From an uncultured Methylophilaceae bacterium (GTDB lineage Bacteria > Pseudomonadota > Gammaproteobacteria > Burkholderiales > Methylophilaceae), in NCBI GenBank assembly GCA_964620425.1, contig CAZUGV010000008.1, forward strand, positions 3,628 through 67,627: 64,000 bases of DNA, read 5' to 3'. Of this stretch, positions 56,401 through 64,000 are shown piece after piece. A model generated the notes under the pieces. It had not been told where the DNA came from and ran no database searches. It saw nothing but the letters and a program-made list of their open reading frames with translations. Numbering within the stretch: the stretch's first letter is position 1; each line of letters starts with the position of its first letter. The translations under genes and the position numbers were made by a program.

Positions 56401-56712
56401 ATGGCAAGTACTCGGCATCAAGAAAATATACTAGAGCAGTCTAAAGAGGAGAAAATTAAACCTCCCTCTATGTATAAAGTTATTCTTTTTAATGACGATT
56501 ACACACCTATGGAGTTTGTTGTTGATGTCATTCAGCGATTCTTTCTTAAGAGCCGCGAACAAGCGACGCAAATTATGTTGAAAGTACACACTGAAGGCAT
56601 GGGCGTTTGCGGTGTATATCCGCGTGATATTGCTGATACCAAGGTGAATCAAGTAATGAGCTACGCACAAGAACATCAACATCCTCTCCAGTGTGGCATG
56701 GAAGAAGCATAA
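56401..56712 (+). CDS. clpS: ATP-dependent Clp protease adaptor ClpS
   Basis: 103 aa. [28 protein letters not shown]...[12 protein letters not shown]. Confidence 0.95.
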   Translation: MASTRHQENILEQSKEEKIKPPSMYKVILFNDDYTPMEFVVDVIQRFFLKSREQATQIMLKVHTEGMGVCGVYPRDIADTKVNQVMSYAQEHQHPLQCGMEEA

Positions 56713-56846
56713 TTTTATAGTTTCGTGCCTTCTGCATGGAATTAAAATTGCTTCTGAATATGCAAGCTAAATAAACGTACTTTTGATTCCTGCGGTTTTT
56801 ATTTGTGGGGAAAAGTAGTAATTTTGATCTTACCAAGGTGTACAAA

Positions 56847-59132
56847 ATGATTGCTCAAGAACTCGAAGTATCACTACATATGGCCTTTATGGATGCTCGT
56901 CAAAAACGCCATGAACTCATTACCGTTGAGCACTTACTGCTGGCTATGATTGACAATCCGACAGCGGCAGATGTTTTGCGCTCTTGCGGTGCAAATCTTG
57001 ATAACTTGCGATCTGAATTGGTGAGTTATATAGAGGAGCACACGCCAACCGTAGACGGTAGCGATGAAGTGGATACGCAGCCAACACTGGGTTTTCAGCG
57101 CGTCATTCAACGCGCCATTTTGCATGTGCAATCATCAGGCAAAAAAGAAGTCACTGGCGCGAACGTGCTGGTTGCTATTTATGGTGAAAAAGATTCTCAC
57201 GCAGTATTTTTCTTGCATCAGCAAGGTGTCACACGTCTTGATGTGGTGAACTTTATCTCTCACGGTGTCGCTAAAGTGGCGGATAACAGTACAACAAAAC
57301 GCGTTGAGAATGAGCAAGAAACTGAGGCAGAACCAGCGCCAGCAGGTGCATTGGAAAATTTTACCGAGAATTTAAATCAACAAGTATTGGCTGGCAAAAT
57401 TGACCCACTCATCGGGCGTGAACATGAACTGGAACGTGTGATTCAAACACTTTGCCGTCGTCGCAAAAATAACCCATTACTAGTGGGTGAGGCGGGCGTT
57501 GGTAAAACGGCTATTGCAGAAGGTTTGGCGCGCCGTATCGTTGAAGGTAATGTGCCTGAAGTGTTAGCAAAAGCCGTTATTTACTCGCTCGATATGGGAG
57601 CTTTATTGGCGGGTACTAAATACCGCGGTGATTTTGAGCAACGCTTAAAAGCGGTGATGAAAAAACTATCAGAGCAGCCAGATGCTGTGTTGTTTATTGA
57701 TGAAATTCACACATTGATTGGTGCTGGCGCTGCGAGCGGTGGCACATTGGATGCGTCTAACTTACTCAAGCCGGCACTTTCAAATGGCTCACTCAAGTGC
57801 ATCGGTGCTACTACTTACCAAGAGTATCGCGGCATTTTTGAAAAAGACCATGCGCTTTCACGTCGATTCCAAAAGGTGGATGTAGTAGAGCCTAGCATTC
57901 CAGAAACCATTGAAATTCTAAAAGGTTTGAAATCTCGCTTTGAAAAACATCATAGCGTTAAATACACCGCTTCTGCATTAAGTACAGCGGTAGAGCTTTC
58001 AGCTAAATATATTAACGACCGTCATTTGCCAGATAAGGCGATTGATATTATTGATGAAGCGGGTGCGGCGCAACGTATTTTGCCTAAATCAAAACAGAAA
58101 AAAGTCATCGGTAATAAAGAGATTGAGGACATTATCGCGAAAGTGGCGCGCATTCCGCCCAAAAATATTACAGCGGATGATCGTAGTGCACTCAAAACAC
58201 TTGATCGTGATTTGAAAGCCACTGTGTTTGGGCAAGATAAAGCGATTGATGCTTTGGCATCCGCAATCAAAATGGCGCGTAGCGGTTTGGGTAGCTCGAC
58301 TAAACCAATCGGCTCTTTCTTGTTCTCAGGCCCAACTGGCGTGGGGAAAACAGAGGTGGCGCGTCAATTGGCTTATACCTTAGGTATTGAGTTGATTCGC
58401 TTTGATATGTCTGAATACATGGAGCGTCATGCAGTTTCACGCTTAATCGGCGCGCCTCCAGGTTATGTTGGTTTTGAACAAGGCGGTTTGTTGACGGAAG
58501 CCATTACCAAACATCCATACTGCGTGTTGCTATTGGACGAAATTGAAAAAGCGCACCCTGATATTTTCAATATCTTGTTGCAAGTGATGGATCACGGCAC
58601 ATTAACTGACAACAATGGACGCAAAGCAGATTTCCGCAATGTGACCATTATTATGACAACCAACGCAGGTGCAGAAGCGATTTCTAAAACTAGCATCGGC
58701 TTTACCCTTGGCAAACACGAGGGCGATGAAATGGCGGATATTAAACGCATGTTTACCCCTGAGTTCCGTAACCGTCTAGATGCTACCGTATCATTTGCGC
58801 CATTGTCTGAAGAAATCATCATGCGCGTGGTAGATAAATTCTTGATGCAGCTTGAAGACCAGCTACATGAGAAAAAAGTGGAAGCAACCTTTACCGATAA
58901 ACTTAAAGCCTATCTCGGCAAAAAAGGCTTCGATCCACTCATGGGTGCCCGCCCCATGTCTCGTTTGATTCAAGATACCATTCGCCGTGCATTGGCTGAT
59001 GAGCTGTTGTTCGGGCGTTTAGCCAACGGTGGTAACGTGAAAGTTGATGTAAATGACCAAGACGAAATCAGACTGGTCTTTGATGATGCAGGTATTAACG
59101 AGGTAAAACCATTGGTAGAAGATATCGTTTAG
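56847..59132 (+). CDS. clpA: ATP-dependent Clp protease ATP-binding subunit ClpA
   Basis: Start ATG 56847 (AAGGTG SD). [14 protein letters not shown]..., two AAA+ modules ([15 protein letters not shown]; [15 protein letters not shown]). Confidence 0.95.
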   Translation: MIAQELEVSLHMAFMDARQKRHELITVEHLLLAMIDNPTAADVLRSCGANLDNLRSELVSYIEEHTPTVDGSDEVDTQPTLGFQRVIQRAILHVQSSGKKEVTGANVLVAIYGEKDSHAVFFLHQQGVTRLDVVNFISHGVAKVADNSTTKRVENEQETEAEPAPAGALENFTENLNQQVLAGKIDPLIGREHELERVIQTLCRRRKNNPLLVGEAGVGKTAIAEGLARRIVEGNVPEVLAKAVIYSLDMGALLAGTKYRGDFEQRLKAVMKKLSEQPDAVLFIDEIHTLIGAGAASGGTLDASNLLKPALSNGSLKCIGATTYQEYRGIFEKDHALSRRFQKVDVVEPSIPETIEILKGLKSRFEKHHSVKYTASALSTAVELSAKYINDRHLPDKAIDIIDEAGAAQRILPKSKQKKVIGNKEIEDIIAKVARIPPKNITADDRSALKTLDRDLKATVFGQDKAIDALASAIKMARSGLGSSTKPIGSFLFSGPTGVGKTEVARQLAYTLGIELIRFDMSEYMERHAVSRLIGAPPGYVGFEQGGLLTEAITKHPYCVLLLDEIEKAHPDIFNILLQVMDHGTLTDNNGRKADFRNVTIIMTTNAGAEAISKTSIGFTLGKHEGDEMADIKRMFTPEFRNRLDATVSFAPLSEEIIMRVVDKFLMQLEDQLHEKKVEATFTDKLKAYLGKKGFDPLMGARPMSRLIQDTIRRALADELLFGRLANGGNVKVDVNDQDEIRLVFDDAGINEVKPLVEDIV

Positions 59133-59153
59133 TATCTGTTCAGATGTAATCAA

Positions 59154-59185
59154 TAAAAAAGGTGAACTTAGGTTCACTTTTTTTA
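59154..59185 (+). terminator. rho-independent terminator after clpA
   Basis: A-run, then gtgaac-ttag-gttcac, then T7. Confidence 0.8.
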
Positions 59186-59206
59186 CACCCGCCAATATGT
59201 TTCAGC

Positions 59207-59310
59207 CCCTTAGTTCGTCAAACCCTTAGAACCCAAACTATTTAGTACTTAAACCACTTAGTACTCAAAGCGCTTAGTACTCAAAGCGCTTAGTACTCAT
59301 AAGTAAGTGG
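59207..59310. repeat. degenerate-to-perfect tandem repeat array (unit CTTAGTACTCAAAGCG)
   Basis: Two perfect 16-bp units (59257-59272, 59273-59288), a partial third (59289-59299), and three decayed TTAG-containing units upstream. Flanked by the 7-bp inverted repeat ccactta/taagtgg. Confidence 0.85.
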
Positions 59311-59316
59311 TTAAGA

Positions 59317-60531
59317 TTAAACTGCTTGCCCCATCTTGAATATCGGTAAGTACATTGCAACCACTAAGCCGCCAATTAATGTACCAAGCACAACCATAAT
59401 GACAGGCTCCATCAAGCTTGATAAGCCTTCCACTGCGTCATCAACTTCTGCTTCGTAAAAGTCTGCAACTTTGGATAGCATTGAATCCAGCGCGCCTGAT
59501 TCTTCACCAATTGCAACCATTTGGATGACCATATTAGGGAATACGCCTGAGTTTTGCATAGCAACGGTTAAGCTGGTGCCAGTGCTAATTTCGCTTTGTA
59601 CTTTTTTTGTGGCATCGTAATACACGCGGTTGCCTGAGGCCCCTGCGACTGAGTCTAGCGCTTCTACTAATGGCACGCCTGCTGCAAACATGGTAGAAAG
59701 CGTACGTGAAAATCTGGCTACAGTGGCTTTGCGAATGAGCTCACCAAAAATAGGGAGCTTGAGCAACAATCTATCCATGGTGTATTGCATTTGTTCTGAT
59801 CGCTTCCAGGTGTAAAAGAAGAACCAAATGCCACCAACGATTGAGCCAAAAATTGCCCACCAATAGGCAACAAAAAAGTCTGACATCGCCATGACCATAA
59901 GTGTTGGTGCGGGCAGATCTGCGCCAAAACTGCTGAAAAGCTCTTTAAACGCAGGGATAACGAAAATCATAATCACAGCTGTGATGACGAACGCGACCAC
60001 GATAATTGAGACTGGGTAAAACAAGGCGGATTTGATTTTGCCTTTAATGGCTTGAATTTTTTCTTTGTAGGTGGCGAGGCGGTCTAGCAGGGAGTCTAAA
60101 ATACCAGCTTGTTCCCCAGCACCGACTAAATTGCAAAATAAAGCATCGAAATGCAGTGGATATTTGCGAAACGCTTGGCTTAAACTGCTACCTGTTTCTA
60201 CGTCGCCCTTAATATCACCCAGTAAGCGAGAAACCGCAGGGTTGTGGTGGCCTTTTCCAACAATATCAAAAGCTTGTAGTAGCGGTACGCCCGCTTTCAT
60301 CATAGTGGCGAGTTGGCGAGTAAATAAAGTGACATCTTTATCGGTAACTTTCCCCTTGGCTTGCAAGCCGCTTTGCTTCTTGATTTTAGTGACGTTAATG
60401 CCTTGGCGACGTAAAGTGGCATTGACAAAAGCTTCGCCGCCAGCTTTTATTTCGCCTTTGACTTTTTTGCCTTTTTTGTCAGTGCCTTCCCACTGGAAAG
60501 TGACTTCTTTTGTCGGTTTTGCTGCAGCCAT
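59317..60531 (-). CDS. pilC: type IV pilus assembly platform protein PilC (GspF family)
   Basis: 404 aa with two GspF repeats and 3 TM segments. Follows pilB. Confidence 0.9.
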   Translation of the reverse strand: MAAAKPTKEVTFQWEGTDKKGKKVKGEIKAGGEAFVNATLRRQGINVTKIKKQSGLQAKGKVTDKDVTLFTRQLATMMKAGVPLLQAFDIVGKGHHNPAVSRLLGDIKGDVETGSSLSQAFRKYPLHFDALFCNLVGAGEQAGILDSLLDRLATYKEKIQAIKGKIKSALFYPVSIIVVAFVITAVIMIFVIPAFKELFSSFGADLPAPTLMVMAMSDFFVAYWWAIFGSIVGGIWFFFYTWKRSEQMQYTMDRLLLKLPIFGELIRKATVARFSRTLSTMFAAGVPLVEALDSVAGASGNRVYYDATKKVQSEISTGTSLTVAMQNSGVFPNMVIQMVAIGEESGALDSMLSKVADFYEAEVDDAVEGLSSLMEPVIMVVLGTLIGGLVVAMYLPIFKMGQAV

Positions 60532-60562
60532 TCGGCGCTCCTTAACGTTTTTTTCTTACGTA

Positions 60563-62287
60563 TTATTCATTGGTGACTGCTTCTACTTCTGCGATAGAGG
60601 TCAGCCCTTGTTTTACCTTTAATAAGCCTGAAGCACGCAAATCTTTTACGCCTTCACGTCTGGCTTGGTCGGCAATATCATGTGCCGTTCCATTTTTCAT
60701 GATAATACGGCTCATGGCATCTGTCACGGGCATTACTTGATAAATCCCTACGCGTCCTTTGTAACCTGCGGTACATTGGTCGCAGCCGTCATCATTTGGA
60801 CCATATAATTGCCAGCTGCCATCAAGATCCGCCTCTTGAAAGCCAATATTGAGTAGGGCTTCTCTTGGCAAGTCTAGTGGCACTCTGCAGTGCTTGCACA
60901 ACCTTCTCGCCAACCGCTGCGCAGTAATCAGTGAGACCGCTGATGCGATATTAAAAGGCGCTACCCCCATGTTCATCAATCGTGTCAAGGTTGAGGGTGC
61001 GTCATTGGTGTGTAGAGTTGATAACACCATATGTCCTGTGGATGCCGCTTTAATGGCCATGTCCGCAGTTTCTAAATCGCGAATCTCGCCGATCATAATA
61101 ATATCTGGATCTTGTCGCAAAAATGCTTTTAACGCAGAAGCGAAAGTTAAGCCTTGTTTATCGTTGACATTCACTTGATTGATGCCAGGCAGTGGAATCT
61201 CAGCTGGATCTTCTGCAGTTGAAATATTGACGCCTGGATTATTTAAAATGTTCAAACAAGTATAAAGCGAAACTGTCTTTCCAGAACCTGTTGGCCCTGT
61301 CACCAAAACTAATCCATATGGGCGGCTTACGGCAGATAAGAGCGCTTCTTTTTGCTCAGGCTCATAGCCTAGTGCTTCAATCCCAAGTGTTGCACTGGTG
61401 GGGTCTAAAATACGCATGACGATTTTTTCACCATTAATCATGGGCAACGTGCTCACCCGAAAATCAATTGTGCGCGTTTTCGACAGCACTAACTTCATGC
61501 GACCGTCTTGCGGGATCCGTTTTTCAGCTATGTCCAAGCTTGAGATCACTTTAATGCGTGATGCCATTTTATCTTTGAAGGCCAATGGTGGCTGGGCAAT
61601 TTCACGTAACATGCCATCAATACGGTAGCGTATGCGGTAATATTTTTCATACGGTTCAAAGTGAATATCTGATGCGCCCATGTTGATGGCATCAAGCAAT
61701 AGTTTTTGTATGTATTTAACAATTGGCGCATCGTCAACCTCAAGAGATTGTTGACTTTCTTGTTCTTGCTTGCTGTCTTCATTCTGAATCTCTAGCGCGA
61801 TATCTTCATCCAAACCAAGCGATGCGAGGCTGGTATCACTGCCTTCAGCGATTTTGTCTATCCATTTTGTAAGCTTGTCATCTTCAACCACCACGGGAGA
61901 GAGTGCCATACCAACCTGAAACTGTACGTCATCTAAAGCGTGAATATTAGTGGGGTCAGAAATTGCGACGAATAAGACGTTGTTGCGGCTTTGTAACGCC
62001 ATCACTCGGCTATTTTGCATGAGTTTTAAATCAATTGACTTGGCAGGCGCGTAATCAATATTCAACGCGTTTAGATCAAATATAGGTAAGCCGAACGCAG
62101 CAGCAGCAGCTTCTGCAACCTTAAGTGGAGATAATATTTTACTCTGCGTTATCCGAGAGATAAATGGTATTTTTAAGTTATTGGCTTCCGCCTGAATACC
62201 ATGTGCTTCATCCTCAGTTAAGAGGTTATCTTGCACAAGCAATCGGGCTAATCCGCCAAGCTTGCTAGGGAGAGTTGTCGCTGCCAT
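60563..62287 (-). CDS. pilB: type IV pilus assembly ATPase PilB (GspE family)
   Basis: 574 aa. Walker A GPTGSGKT, Asp box, tetracysteine motif (CKHC...CDQC), and an N-terminal GSPII_E_N-type domain. Confidence 0.9.
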   Translation of the reverse strand: MAATTLPSKLGGLARLLVQDNLLTEDEAHGIQAEANNLKIPFISRITQSKILSPLKVAEAAAAAFGLPIFDLNALNIDYAPAKSIDLKLMQNSRVMALQSRNNVLFVAISDPTNIHALDDVQFQVGMALSPVVVEDDKLTKWIDKIAEGSDTSLASLGLDEDIALEIQNEDSKQEQESQQSLEVDDAPIVKYIQKLLLDAINMGASDIHFEPYEKYYRIRYRIDGMLREIAQPPLAFKDKMASRIKVISSLDIAEKRIPQDGRMKLVLSKTRTIDFRVSTLPMINGEKIVMRILDPTSATLGIEALGYEPEQKEALLSAVSRPYGLVLVTGPTGSGKTVSLYTCLNILNNPGVNISTAEDPAEIPLPGINQVNVNDKQGLTFASALKAFLRQDPDIIMIGEIRDLETADMAIKAASTGHMVLSTLHTNDAPSTLTRLMNMGVAPFNIASAVSLITAQRLARRLCKHCRVPLDLPREALLNIGFQEADLDGSWQLYGPNDDGCDQCTAGYKGRVGIYQVMPVTDAMSRIIMKNGTAHDIADQARREGVKDLRASGLLKVKQGLTSIAEVEAVTNE

Positions 62288-62612
62288 TGATTTTCAACTA
62301 TCGGTTAAATCACACACTCAGAGGCTCATTATATGAGGCTTGCTTAACAACGCACCTGAGTATTGATGTCGTAAAATAAAGTTTGTCATATATGGTCACT
62401 TAACGACATTTTTTGAGTAATCTTTAAGGGGGATACAGCCAACTTAATAGGTGAGGAGATAAAAATATCTCTTGACTTATGTAAATATATCAAGTGAGAA
62501 TTATAAGCAGGCGAGTTGGCATTTCTTACCCGTTTTGTTATCTACAACGCTAGTTAAAGGGATGCCAAGCCTATCATTATTAATAATCAAGTTTTTGCAA
62601 GGAAGCACTTCA

Positions 62613-62816
62613 ATGGCAACAGGTATCGTAAAGTGGTTTAATGACTCTAAAGGTTTTGGTTTTATTACCCCAGACGAAGGTGGCGACGATTTGTTTGCGC
62701 ACTTCTCCGCGATTGTGGAGTCAGGCTACAAAAGCCTTAAAGAAGGTCAACGTGTTACGTTTGACGTAACTGAAGGGCCTAAGGGTAAGCAAGCTTCAAA
62801 TATTCAAAAAGCTTAG
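62613..62816 (+). CDS. cold-shock protein (CspA family)
   Basis: Start ATG 62613 (AAGGAAG SD). [34 protein letters not shown] carries the RNP1/RNP2 motifs. The track's upstream extension is probably the long 5' UTR typical of csp genes. Confidence 0.9.
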   Translation: MATGIVKWFNDSKGFGFITPDEGGDDLFAHFSAIVESGYKSLKEGQRVTFDVTEGPKGKQASNIQKA

Positions 62817-62832
62817 GTTTCAGTTTTTTGAA

Positions 62833-62863
62833 AAAATGGCTCAAAAATGAGCCATTTTATTTT
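62833..62863. terminator. bidirectional rho-independent terminator between cspA-like gene and icd
   Basis: A-run, then atggctca-aaaa-tgagccat, then a T-run. Confidence 0.85.
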
Positions 62864-62920
62864 GGGTTTTGGCACATGTAGCTATGCACTGCTACATGCG
62901 CTTAAATGCTAATCTGCAAA

Positions 62921-64000
62921 TTACATATTTGCAATAATCTCATCGCCAAACTGCGCGCTGCCAACTTGTGTTGCGCCTTCCATTTGTGAAGAGAAGTCTA
63001 TTGTCACGCGTTTGCTAGCAATTGCTTTGCCCACGCCAGCCAACACTAAATCAGCCGCTTCTACCCACCCCATATGACGTAACATCATCTCGGCAGACAA
63101 AATCAACGAACTTGGGTTAGCCATGTCCTTGCCTGCAATTTTTGGCGCTGTACCATGCGTCGCTTCAAACATTGCAACGGTATCGCTTAAATTCGCCCCT
63201 GGTGCAATGCCAATACCGCCTACTTGGGCGGCTAGCGCATCGCTCATGTAATCGCCATTTAGATTGAGCGCGGTGACCACATCGTAATCACTTGGGTGCA
63301 ATAAAATTTCTTGCAAAAATGCATCCGCAATACAGTCTTTAATCACAATGCCATTGGGTAATTTACACCATGGACCACCGTCGATTTCCACTGCGCCAAA
63401 TTCTTCTTTTGCTAATTCGTAACCCCAGTTTTTAAAGCCACCTTCGGTGAACTTCATGATATTGCCTTTGTGGGTGATGGTGACTGATTTTCTATTATTA
63501 TCAATCGCGTACTGAATCGCTTTGCGAATTAAGCGTTTGCTGCCATCAATTGATACTGGTTTAATGCCGATTGCTGATGATTCAGGGAAACGAATTTTTT
63601 TACGAGCGCCCATATCACTCAAAAAGTCGATGACTTTTTTCACTTCATCTGAACCAGCTGCCCATTCAATCCCTGCGTAAATGTCTTCAGTGTTTTCACG
63701 AAAAATGACCATATCGACTTTTTCAGGCGCTTTAACAGGGCTCGGTACGCCTGTGAAATATTGAATCGGGCGTAAGCAAACATATAAATCAAGCTCTTGG
63801 CGCAACGTAACATTGAGTGAGCGTATGCCGCCGCCAACTGGCGTGGTGAGCGGACCTTTAATAGAAATTACATATTCTTTTAAAGCTGCCATGGTTTCAT
63901 CAGACAGCCAAGTATCTTTATCGTAAATGTTGGTCGATTTCTCGCCAGCGAATACTTCCATCCAAGAAATTTTGCGTTTACCAGCATAGGCTTTATTGAC
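62921..64000 (-). CDS. icd: NADP-dependent isocitrate dehydrogenase (N-terminus beyond the right edge)
   Basis: [12 protein letters not shown]...[27 protein letters not shown]...[25 protein letters not shown] is canonical Icd. The frame stays open upstream of the track's Met 63961 to the window end. Confidence 0.9.
   Translation of the reverse strand, partial: VNKAYAGKRKISWMEVFAGEKSTNIYDKDTWLSDETMAALKEYVISIKGPLTTPVGGGIRSLNVTLRQELDLYVCLRPIQYFTGVPSPVKAPEKVDMVIFRENTEDIYAGIEWAAGSDEVKKVIDFLSDMGARKKIRFPESSAIGIKPVSIDGSKRLIRKAIQYAIDNNRKSVTITHKGNIMKFTEGGFKNWGYELAKEEFGAVEIDGGPWCKLPNGIVIKDCIADAFLQEILLHPSDYDVVTALNLNGDYMSDALAAQVGGIGIAPGANLSDTVAMFEATHGTAPKIAGKDMANPSSLILSAEMMLRHMGWVEAADLVLAGVGKAIASKRVTIDFSSQMEGATQVGSAQFGDEIIANM

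Overview
The window is a moderately AT-rich proteobacterial chromosome segment. Its gene order looks betaproteobacterial (pepP-ubiH-ubiI-like, hda-perM/purM, pssA-leuA, tgt-yajC-secDF, clpSA, pilBC). That assignment rests on remembered synteny only, because no database search was possible. Most of the window is core genome. It holds a flagellar export/basal-body block (fliE divergent from fliFGHIJK, plus a TPR gene missing from the ORF track), ubiquinone hydroxylases and dsbC. An iron-storage locus has two complementary bacterioferritin subunits and a Fur-boxed bfd. Also present are a YdeP-type molybdoenzyme, c-di-GMP genes (GGDEF, a degenerate HD-GYP, and an interrupted EIIC-like/EAL gene), moaC, bepA-like, orphan soxYZ, purM, leuA, pssA, Sec components, ClpSA, type IV pilus pilBC, a cold-shock gene and icd. 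The one clear accessory segment is about 21.9-30.2 kb, directly downstream of tRNA-Asn and tRNA-Met. It is a type I restriction-modification operon whose hsdR is separated from hsdMS by a 2.9 kb three-gene insert. The insert comprises a winged-HTH protein, an AbiEii/DUF1814-like nucleotidyltransferase and a single-chain HTH-HipA (YjjJ/HipH-like) kinase. It has its own palindromic operators and terminators and sits in the slot that PrrC occupies in the E. coli prr locus. This is my best candidate for an undescribed composite defence system. Other items worth a second look are an orphan 870-aa soluble protein with two tandem double-Cache-like modules fused to one CheW domain, a structured inverted-repeat element between perM and hda, and a 16-bp tandem repeat array at the pilC/clpA junction. 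No CRISPR array, integrase, transposase or rRNA was seen. All family calls come from motif recognition by eye, and several start codons differ from the ORF track.
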